Shown one piece after another: positions 56,734 to 64,000 of a stretch of DNA of 64,000 nt (positions are counted from its first letter, which is position 1; each line of letters opens with the position of its first letter). This DNA comes from Marine Group II euryarchaeote MED-G38 (GTDB lineage Archaea > Thermoplasmatota > Poseidoniia > Poseidoniales > Thalassarchaeaceae). A program made the position numbers and the translations under genes. The notes under the pieces are model-generated. The model saw only the letters and a program-made list of their open reading frames with translations. It had not been told where the DNA came from and ran no database searches. The stretch is from assembly GCA_002457145.1 (NCBI GenBank), contig NTJP01000004.1, positions 41,804-105,803 of the forward strand, written 5' to 3'.

Positions 56734-57522
56734 CTATCTAACTAACTCATCTATCGAATCTACAACCAAATCTGGCTCGTGGGGATATAACTCTAAGTCT
56801 TCTTTAGTTGCTTCTCCTGAAAGAACTAGTATTGCTTTGACCTTTGCTTTTTTAGCCATTTCCATATCTGTGTAAAGACGGTCACCTATCATTGCACATT
56901 TTTCAGGAAGTAACCCTAATTCACTTATTTTATGCAGAATCATTTGAGGATTTGGTTTACCACAAATATGTGTTGGCTTAACTCCAGTTGTCGCCTCGAA
57001 TAAAGCCATAAAGGCACCATTATCTGGTAAACCACCCAGAGGAGATGGGCAAACCATATCTGGATGACTAGCGACTAATTTTACACCATTGTGGAGATGA
57101 TAGGACGCTTGAGATAACTTATCATAATTTATCTCTGTATCATATCCAAGTACTACATATTCTGGATTTTCAGACCTCGTATTGATATTTTCCTTTTCTA
57201 ACATTTCTTGCATCCCGACAGTACCAACAAGGAATGTTTGAGAAATATTATTAATTTTTAACCAAGCTATCAAATCATGTGTGGACAATATAATATCTTC
57301 TTTTTTTGCAGGAATTTTCATACTGTTTAATTTTTCTAAATATTGATCTACAGATTTGCTAGAATTATTCGATAAGAAAAAATATTCTATATTTTTATTT
57401 TTTAATCTTTTTAAGAAATCTATAGCACCTGAAATTAATTCTCCTCCCAAATAAATTGTACCATCTAAGTCTAAAAAAACACATTCTATATCGTCCAAAG
57501 AGACACTCAATTTGGATTCCAA
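56734..57522 (-). CDS. HAD-IIA family phosphatase (NagD/PGP-like)
   Basis: Motif I FLDLDGTIY, then FLSNNSS, GKP and MIGDRLYTD. Confidence 0.85.
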   Translation of the reverse strand: MESKLSVSLDDIECVFLDLDGTIYLGGELISGAIDFLKRLKNKNIEYFFLSNNSSKSVDQYLEKLNSMKIPAKKEDIILSTHDLIAWLKINNISQTFLVGTVGMQEMLEKENINTRSENPEYVVLGYDTEINYDKLSQASYHLHNGVKLVASHPDMVCPSPLGGLPDNGAFMALFEATTGVKPTHICGKPNPQMILHKISELGLLPEKCAMIGDRLYTDMEMAKKAKVKAILVLSGEATKEDLELYPHEPDLVVDSIDELVR

Positions 57523-57531
57523 AAAAACACC

Positions 57532-58890
57532 TCAAGGTAATATTAGAGCTTTAACTACAAACCATTTACTGTATACTCCACCAGACGCTTCTTTCCCAGC
57601 AATCATTTCGGTCATCATTTCTCTAATGGCTTCCTTTTTTGATGCTTTTTTCATGAACCAATTCATTAACCATTTCTTCTTAACTACTTTTTGAAGTGAA
57701 TAAGAATTAGTCAACTCAGGTCCCAACTTGTCCCATAGTTCCTTCATATAAATTTCAGCAGATTCTTCACTAAAACCAGAACTATGTATAGATTCATCAA
57801 AAATTTCAGACGTCATTTTAGCCGAAACTAATGCATTTCCAATACCTTCTCCGCTAAATGGATCTACCAAACTAGCAGCATCTCCAACACACATTGCTCC
57901 AGCCATCGCACTTCTTCTTGGCTGATATGAGGGAGCAGACTTTCTTGGAGAACCAAAAGGTAATTGCCATCCTTTTTCTGTTCCTTCAACTAATTTAGCA
58001 CCTACAAAACGCTCTTTGAAAATAGGATGATTTTCTATGACATTTTTTTGCATCTTTTTCAGAGACTTTTTTATTCCATGTTGCTTTCTTTGTTCTGATA
58101 TCACCATCCCTATGCCAACATTTACAGTACCATCATTTACAGGGAATATCCAAAAGTATCCTGGATTAACTTCATCGATAAAATGTATCTCTATAGAGCC
58201 AGAATCTCCTTCACAACCCTTTACATTTGTCCAATATTCTCGATATGCTCCACAATAATGTTCGATATCTCTCATTGGCTCCTCATGAACTACTTCGGTA
58301 ATTGTTTTAGCAACAGGACAATTATAACCTCCTGCACCAATCGTTACAGGTGAACTAAAACTGAACTCTTCCCCTTCACTATTTTTTCCTACCACTCCGG
58401 TTATTTTTTTGGCACCACCTTCATCATCTACTTTGATATTCTTAACTGAGAATCCTTGCATGACACTCCCTCCATTTTCTAGAACTATCTCTGTAGCTCT
58501 TTTGAACATCATATAATCAAATTGTATTCTAGGTAGAGAATAGCCAGCTTCTAATTTTTCAAAGGCTTCCTTTGGTAAATCAATTTTTACATTTTTCCCA
58601 TTAGAAGAACTCATAACTATTGAATCAACTCGAAAATGAGGTGTTTTTTCTATCATAACCTTAACTCCTAACTCTTTTACATGACGAAGCGATTTCCCTC
58701 CTACTGCATCTCCACAGATTTTATCTCTTGGCCAAAATTCTTTTTCTAAAAGTAGTACTTTTCTCCCCTTCATTGCATTATATGACGCTGCAGCCGAACC
58801 ACCAGGTCCTCCTCCAACAACTATTACATCAAAATGAGTATTATTATTCGGGCATACTCCGACATTTATTGGTTCAGTCCAGTCTTCCAT
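57532..58890 (-). CDS. Geranylgeranyl reductase family flavoprotein (digeranylgeranylglycerophospholipid reductase-like)
   Basis: FDVIVVGGGPGGSAAA FAD motif, KICGDAV, and the GDAASLVDPFSGEGI block characteristic of GGR. Confidence 0.85.
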   Translation of the reverse strand: MEDWTEPINVGVCPNNNTHFDVIVVGGGPGGSAAASYNAMKGRKVLLLEKEFWPRDKICGDAVGGKSLRHVKELGVKVMIEKTPHFRVDSIVMSSSNGKNVKIDLPKEAFEKLEAGYSLPRIQFDYMMFKRATEIVLENGGSVMQGFSVKNIKVDDEGGAKKITGVVGKNSEGEEFSFSSPVTIGAGGYNCPVAKTITEVVHEEPMRDIEHYCGAYREYWTNVKGCEGDSGSIEIHFIDEVNPGYFWIFPVNDGTVNVGIGMVISEQRKQHGIKKSLKKMQKNVIENHPIFKERFVGAKLVEGTEKGWQLPFGSPRKSAPSYQPRRSAMAGAMCVGDAASLVDPFSGEGIGNALVSAKMTSEIFDESIHSSGFSEESAEIYMKELWDKLGPELTNSYSLQKVVKKKWLMNWFMKKASKKEAIREMMTEMIAGKEASGGVYSKWFVVKALILP

Positions 58891-58973
58891 GCCCTCTCAC
58901 CATGTTACCGGAGAAGGCACATCCATTCAAAGTCTACCATTGACTTGATTCGTTAACCCCCCTTCAGAGTGGT

Positions 58974-59288
58974 ATGGATAAAACAATATGGCTAGTGCAA
59001 ACAACCCTCCCAGGCAATATGATCGAACCAATGATTGGCGATTGGTCTACAGATTTCGTTAGAGATGGCTTAACTAAATGTGTTCAAAGGAGTAAGATAA
59101 CTTCTATTTATGAATGGGAAAAAAATATTCAAAATTCTGAAGAGTGGCGATTACAAATGAAGGTAACAAACGAAAAAAAAGATATTTTAATCAAACTTAT
59201 CAAGGAAAAACATCCATATGATTTACCTCAAATAATATATTGGAAAGTAGAAACTACATCTGATTATGCAAGATGGGTTGAAGAATAA
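58974..59288 (+). CDS. cutA: Divalent-cation tolerance protein CutA
   Basis: CVQRSKITSIYEWEKNIQNSEEWRLQMK and HPYDLPQI blocks in a ~100-aa protein. Confidence 0.88.
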   Translation: MDKTIWLVQTTLPGNMIEPMIGDWSTDFVRDGLTKCVQRSKITSIYEWEKNIQNSEEWRLQMKVTNEKKDILIKLIKEKHPYDLPQIIYWKVETTSDYARWVEE

Positions 59289-59306
59289 TACCTTCACCCA
59301 CGCACA

Positions 59307-59972
59307 ATGGATTGGAACAACCTGCTCAAACCAGCAAAAAAAGTTCCAGACACAAGTTGGAGTTCTCCAGATCCAATGTCATTGAAGCCTAAAGTTAGTA
59401 CACTTACTATTTTGATTATTGGATTATGGATTTTTGGAACCGGAGATGCGATTATTGTTGCCGCAGGATTAGGTGTAGCCCCATGGACTGTTTTAGCACA
59501 AGGTATAGCACAACAAATTAACTGGACATTAGGGCAGACGACATTTCTCGTAAGTATCATAGTTCTTTTTTTATGGATTCCAATAAAAGAAAGACCAGGA
59601 GTAGGGACAATTCTGAATGCTATCTTAATTGCACTAGCAATAGATGTGATGATGCCATATCTACCCAATCCTGATTTATACATCTTTCAAATAATACAAG
59701 TTTTGATTGGTACACTATTTGTTGGTATTGGAAGTGGGCTATATTTGACTGCTAACTTAGGACCTGGTCCTCGAGATGGATGGATGACGGGCATTCAGAA
59801 AATAACTAATATTCCTATTGCTAAAGTAAGAGCAAGCATCGAGATAATAGTATTATTTTTAGGTTATTATCTGGGAGGAACATTGGGAATTGGAACTATT
59901 ATTTTTGCATTATTAATAGGGCATATAGTCGCTATTTCTCTACAATTAACAGGGCGTTTCGGTGGAAATTAA
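59307..59972 (+). CDS. YczE/YitT-like integral membrane protein
   Basis: Polytopic protein. GDAIIVAAGLGVAPWTVLAQGI and GPGPRDG blocks resemble YczE-type proteins. Confidence 0.55.
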   Translation: MDWNNLLKPAKKVPDTSWSSPDPMSLKPKVSTLTILIIGLWIFGTGDAIIVAAGLGVAPWTVLAQGIAQQINWTLGQTTFLVSIIVLFLWIPIKERPGVGTILNAILIALAIDVMMPYLPNPDLYIFQIIQVLIGTLFVGIGSGLYLTANLGPGPRDGWMTGIQKITNIPIAKVRASIEIIVLFLGYYLGGTLGIGTIIFALLIGHIVAISLQLTGRFGGN

Positions 59973-60021
59973 ATTTTTTACTATCCGTTTATTTGATTCG
60001 TGAAGACCTCTTCGGTAGAGC

Positions 60022-61224
60022 ATGACAAACCCTGATGACACCAAGAAATTCGGAACCAACGCGATTCATTCTGGTACAAATCCCATTGGTGGAGGAGTAA
60101 ACACTCCTGTTTTCTTATCCTCAACTTATCATCTTTCTGATGAAAGATATGCCGGTTGGGCAGCAGGAGCGCAACATACGATGCTGTACTCTAGACTATC
60201 AAGTGTAAATTCAGAAGCAGTGGCTTCTAAATTAGTTGCTCTAGAAGGTGCTGAGGACGGAGAAGTATTCGCAAGTGGAATGGCTGCAATTTCTACAACC
60301 CTCTTAGGTCTTTTAAGTAGTGGAGATCATATTATCGCGAGCCCTGATGTATATGGAGGGACATACGGTTTATTGACAGAAGATTTACCACGTTTTGGAA
60401 TTGAAGTAACAATGGCTGATATTAGAGATCCTTCCTCATATGAGGCTGCCATTAAAGATAATACAAAAATGATTTATGTAGAAACACTAACAAATCCTGT
60501 TTTGAAAGTATGTGATTTAGATGCAATGGCAGATATAGCGAAACGATACAATCTAATTTCCGTTGTAGATAATACGTTCGCATCACCTTGGGGATGTAAT
60601 CCCATTAAGCATGGTTTCGATTTAGTTATTCATTCGGGTACAAAATACTTGGGAGGGCATTCAGATTTAATTGCAGGATTTGTAGTTGGTAAAAGAGAAC
60701 TAATCGCAAATATATTTCCTAAAAAGGTTCATTTCGGAGGAGCAGCAGATCCTCATATGTGCTATTTATTGGAAAGAGGCATGAGAACATTACATGCAAG
60801 AATGCCAATCCATACATCAAACGCAAAAGAGTTAGCTAGTAGATTATCAAATCACACTATGATTGAAAATGTGAACCATGTTTCTTTACCAGATTTTATA
60901 GATTATAAGTTAGCAAAAGAAATAATGCCAGGAGGAAGTGGCATGATATCCTTTGTCATCAAGGGAGGCGATGCAGCAGCTTTGAAATTTATGAAATCAC
61001 TAGGAATGATACTGGAAGCAACTAGCCTCGGAGGAGTAGAAAGTTTAGTCGAGTGTCCATTTAACTCTAGTCATATGTTTATCCCTGAAGATGTAAGAAA
61101 CGAAGCAGGAATTGTATCAGGTTTTGTACGCATGAGTGTGGGAATAGAAGATATAGAAGATATTTGGGCAGATGTCAATCAGGCCCTATTAGCTACTGAA
61201 AATTTTGTTACGAGTATGGCTTGA
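60022..61224 (+). CDS. PLP-dependent Cys/Met metabolism enzyme (methionine gamma-lyase / cystathionine gamma-synthase family)
   Basis: PLP-lysine block HSGTKYLGGHSD, DNTFASP, and the C-terminal RMSVGIEDIEDI. Confidence 0.88.
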   Translation: MTNPDDTKKFGTNAIHSGTNPIGGGVNTPVFLSSTYHLSDERYAGWAAGAQHTMLYSRLSSVNSEAVASKLVALEGAEDGEVFASGMAAISTTLLGLLSSGDHIIASPDVYGGTYGLLTEDLPRFGIEVTMADIRDPSSYEAAIKDNTKMIYVETLTNPVLKVCDLDAMADIAKRYNLISVVDNTFASPWGCNPIKHGFDLVIHSGTKYLGGHSDLIAGFVVGKRELIANIFPKKVHFGGAADPHMCYLLERGMRTLHARMPIHTSNAKELASRLSNHTMIENVNHVSLPDFIDYKLAKEIMPGGSGMISFVIKGGDAAALKFMKSLGMILEATSLGGVESLVECPFNSSHMFIPEDVRNEAGIVSGFVRMSVGIEDIEDIWADVNQALLATENFVTSMA

Positions 61225-61232
61225 GGTTTTTC

Positions 61233-61829
61233 ATGACTTCAACTGGCTTGCTTGCGGTTTTAATCTTCATTATACCAATGTGTTTCACGCCCGGCCCTAA
61301 TAATTTATTATGTGCTGCACATGGCTCTCAACATGGATTTCGTCGCACAATTCCTCTTACAATAGGAATGGCAATTGGCTGGAGTACGTTGGGAATATTT
61401 GTTGCTATAGCCGCGGATTATATTGAAGAAGAACAAGAGATATTTCGTATACTAACCTATTTTGGAGCTGCGTACATATCTTACTTAGCATATAATATAG
61501 CCACATCTTCTACGATTAAAGATGAATACAGTACAGAACTTTTGGGTATAAAAACTGGAATATTATTACAAGTAGTAAATGGGAAAGCATGGATACATTT
61601 TTTGGTACTGATGGCTATTCCATTTACTCTTTTTGGAACGGGTTTAACTGGTAAAATAGCATTAGTTTTTTTAAATTTATTTTTTGGACTTCCAGCGGTT
61701 TTAAGCTGGTCTTATTTCGGAACGATACTAAGAAAGTTTTTCAATTCACCTTCCAAGGTAAAGTGGCTCAATTATTCACTAGGAATTTCTCTTTTTGGGG
61801 TAGCACTATGGATTGCTCTACCTCATTAA
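61233..61829 (+). CDS. LysE/RhtB family exporter (second copy, divergent from 50467..51108)
   Basis: About 200 aa with 6 TM helices and an N-terminal FTPGPNN motif. The ATG at 61233 follows the upstream TGA by 8 nt. Confidence 0.72.
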   Translation: MTSTGLLAVLIFIIPMCFTPGPNNLLCAAHGSQHGFRRTIPLTIGMAIGWSTLGIFVAIAADYIEEEQEIFRILTYFGAAYISYLAYNIATSSTIKDEYSTELLGIKTGILLQVVNGKAWIHFLVLMAIPFTLFGTGLTGKIALVFLNLFFGLPAVLSWSYFGTILRKFFNSPSKVKWLNYSLGISLFGVALWIALPH

Positions 61830-63535
61830 TATTCAAAACTAGATCCAGAAACTTCTGCAAGCCATTTCATAGCAGATTTATAGTCAATAACCGCTTCTAA
61901 ATTATCATTAATCAATAAATCCTCAGCAGCATCCCAAAGTGCTTGTAATGCCGGCACCCAATCTCCTCCTTTGTCTCTGCTAGATTCATCAAATCTCCAA
62001 GCATCTGATTCAGTTCTTTCATGTACATTTAACCAAGCCCAACCCATCGCCATCTCGAGCCCTTTACCCTTTCGAGCCTTTGAAACAGTTGATGCAACAC
62101 CATTTTCTATTGCCTTTCTTATTAAGAAATCTGCAAAACTCAAAGGAGACACAAGCGAACCCTCGTTCCAAGGTAGACGATTTAATTGTTGAGAGATAGA
62201 TATAGACTGTTTTAATTCTCTCAAAAAAGCGCCAAATCCTTGTTTTCTTTGGGATTGTGAATCTATTATATTTTTCGCCTCATCACCATCTATTTGATAG
62301 AGCCTTTCCAAAATAATATGCCCATATTTAGGCCAAAGAGCAACTAAAACAGGATGACATGATGAATCTTCAAAACGTACAACATCTTCCTCCAGATCTA
62401 TTACTACGCCGTCAGATCTCACGTGAATGCCGCATTCAAGAGAATCAATGATACATGAAATAGCTTCCCTCTCATCTTCAGTTCCATTCATATTTTCCAG
62501 CATTTTTAATAAATTTTCTGAATCATACCAAGAACTACCAACTACAAACCCATCTTTTATTGAATTTAGTATACTAACTCTACATGCATTTGCTAATTTT
62601 TTATCATCATAAATCATTAGTAACCATTGTTGTATTACCTCCTCAACCTTTTCAAGACCTTCAGCCGGCAATTCCTTATCATTCGGCCATCCTTCAGGCT
62701 TCCATACCCACTCAGATTCTACAATAGAACTTATTTTTGGTGGCATCATTGACATAGCGACGCTTTGGACAAAAGATTCTTTTGTTGATAATAGTGATTC
62801 TTTTGATATTCCAATGACAACTCCATTTCCAAACTCTAGTCTTAGCCATCCACTATCTGTAAATAATTTATCATCAATTATTGATTCGCTCAAACCCTTT
62901 GACCACTTAGTCTTCTGCCCTAACAATTCTATAGATGAATTTTCAAGAACATATTCTATCCAATCGTCCGGGGGTTCTGGATTATTACCTGTAAATACAA
63001 AACCTTTATCCCACGAAAAAAACCATTGTCCTGCTTTTGCATGGTCATCCCAAACTAGCATTCTCAATTTTGAATGATTAAAATTTTGAATACCAGCAAG
63101 ATGACTTTGTTTGCCGCCTCCTCTTCGGATATAACTTGCAGAACCAAATAACGGATTTTTGAAAACCGATACAGTAGAAAAATCATCACCAGAGGCCGCC
63201 AATAAACTACCTGCCAAAGCCCTAGAAACTACATCCCCACTTTTTTTTGACATTCTTTTTGTTAACCATTTTTTATCATGCCTTTTTTTTGATACCATAT
63301 CAATATCTTCTAATGTAAGTGCCATTAAATCTTTATTTCTACCAAAAAATGTTTTTTTGGTTATAACACCGTTTATATCCGGTAAAAAAATCTCTGGATC
63401 ATCTAATAATTCGGACAAATTCTTTTCTAATCTTTTTTGAATGTCTTTTGATGCTTTTTTTATTCCCCTAACTCTAACCTTCTTCCTACGATTTTTATCG
63501 CCAGGAAAACTAACTTCAGCGGGTGGCTTTGCCAT
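61826..63535 (-). CDS. Hypothetical soluble protein (569 aa) with basic N-terminus, function unknown
   Basis: Long ORF with an N-terminal KNRRKKVRVRGIKKASK patch and a Trp-rich body. No motif recognised. Confidence 0.6.
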   Translation of the reverse strand: MAKPPAEVSFPGDKNRRKKVRVRGIKKASKDIQKRLEKNLSELLDDPEIFLPDINGVITKKTFFGRNKDLMALTLEDIDMVSKKRHDKKWLTKRMSKKSGDVVSRALAGSLLAASGDDFSTVSVFKNPLFGSASYIRRGGGKQSHLAGIQNFNHSKLRMLVWDDHAKAGQWFFSWDKGFVFTGNNPEPPDDWIEYVLENSSIELLGQKTKWSKGLSESIIDDKLFTDSGWLRLEFGNGVVIGISKESLLSTKESFVQSVAMSMMPPKISSIVESEWVWKPEGWPNDKELPAEGLEKVEEVIQQWLLMIYDDKKLANACRVSILNSIKDGFVVGSSWYDSENLLKMLENMNGTEDEREAISCIIDSLECGIHVRSDGVVIDLEEDVVRFEDSSCHPVLVALWPKYGHIILERLYQIDGDEAKNIIDSQSQRKQGFGAFLRELKQSISISQQLNRLPWNEGSLVSPLSFADFLIRKAIENGVASTVSKARKGKGLEMAMGWAWLNVHERTESDAWRFDESSRDKGGDWVPALQALWDAAEDLLINDNLEAVIDYKSAMKWLAEVSGSSFEY

Positions 63536-63547
63536 ACTAAACCTAAC

Positions 63548-64000
63548 CTACCCCACCACACGTCTACGATTGAATGCTTCCTTTTCCATTTCTGAAAATT
63601 TGGCTGGTATAATCATACAATGTATATTGCCTTCATTAATAGAAGATAATTCAGACAACTCTCCTGAACTAACTTTTTGATCCTTAGTTCCAATATCACT
63701 TAGCAATATTCCTTTCCAGTTTATTGGATTAATGGTTGTTTTCGGAATAGCCTCCTCAAAGATTAGTTTATCATACATCCTTTGTAAAATATCTATTGCA
63801 TCTTTTGGTTTCATTGGTTGAGGGGTTTCGGTACCCATTCCACTAGGATCCAAATCAAACAATACAAGCGTATGTAAATTACTAATTTGATTTTTATGAA
63901 TTATTTCAAGAGGCGAAGTAGGCAAATAATTTCCATATCTAAAAGGAATTGTGACTTGTCTGCCAAATTTATAGGACTGTAATCCTGATATTGAAACTGC
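63548..64000 (-). CDS. dphB: Diphthine synthase (5' end lies outside the window)
   Basis: The frame stays open to position 64000 (AVSISGLQSYKFGRQVTIPFRYGNYLPTSPLEII...HTLVLFDL...IHCMIIPAKFSEMEKEA), matching the C-terminal two-thirds of archaeal DphB. The ORF-track start at 63925 is an internal TTG. Confidence 0.8.
   Translation of the reverse strand, partial: AVSISGLQSYKFGRQVTIPFRYGNYLPTSPLEIIHKNQISNLHTLVLFDLDPSGMGTETPQPMKPKDAIDILQRMYDKLIFEEAIPKTTINPINWKGILLSDIGTKDQKVSSGELSELSSINEGNIHCMIIPAKFSEMEKEAFNRRRVVG

Noticed and set aside
59294-59683. 129-aa minus-strand ORF
   Set aside because: It is antisense to the polytopic YczE-like membrane protein gene. Long open antisense frames over other genes in this window have likewise proved to be mirror artefacts.
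1-64000. Looked for CRISPR arrays, rRNA genes, transposases or integrases, prophage blocks and known defence-system proteins
   Set aside because: There are no regularly spaced direct repeats, no rRNA-like stretches, and no ORF with recombinase, transposase or nuclease/defence signatures. The only tandem repeat is the coding proline repeat at 38301-38432.

Overview
This is a visibly AT-rich, very gene-dense window of about 55 protein genes and one tRNA, and most of it reads as ordinary archaeal chromosome. Archaeal markers are ribosomal protein LX, prefoldin alpha, the SRP receptor FtsY, an RFC-type clamp-loader subunit, diphthine synthase (cut by the window end), geranylgeranylglyceryl-phosphate synthase and a geranylgeranyl reductase. 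These sit alongside bacterial-type genes: UvrA, CysNC/CysD/CysQ, an LPLAT acyltransferase, and LysE, MFS and TauE transporters. That mix, plus large anchored surface proteins and several secreted peptidases (S15, M28) and BNR/sialidase-like lipoproteins, suggests a marine planktonic euryarchaeote of the Marine Group II/III type. The taxonomic call is inference only.

Housekeeping content covers purine synthesis and salvage (PurSL, PurQ, NCS2 permease, Apt), PyrF, MoeA, an RluA-type pseudouridine synthase, a beta-CASP RNase, CutA, a PLP Cys/Met enzyme, a HAD phosphatase and an SDR. I found no rRNA, CRISPR array, transposase, integrase or recognisable defence system.

Nothing here is a clear-cut new system. 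The observations most worth a second look are:
- a 1723-aa surface protein whose propeller-like repeats are split by a vWA/MIDAS-like insert;
- a ferredoxin / degenerate reductase-like / GGGPS operon, together with an ester-lipid-type acyltransferase elsewhere in the window;
- a sulfate-activation operon wedged into the conserved LX-pfdA-ftsY neighbourhood;
- a tail-anchored pseudo-receiver;
- a polyproline/basic/zinc-ribbon protein encoded by a tandem DNA repeat;
- two long palindromes framing the purine-salvage genes;
- an in-frame TGA-ATG junction between an orphan 1004-aa surface protein and an M28 peptidase;
- a divergent RFC paralogue;
- tandemly duplicated BNR lipoproteins.

All product calls come from reading motifs in the supplied translations. 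No database search was run.
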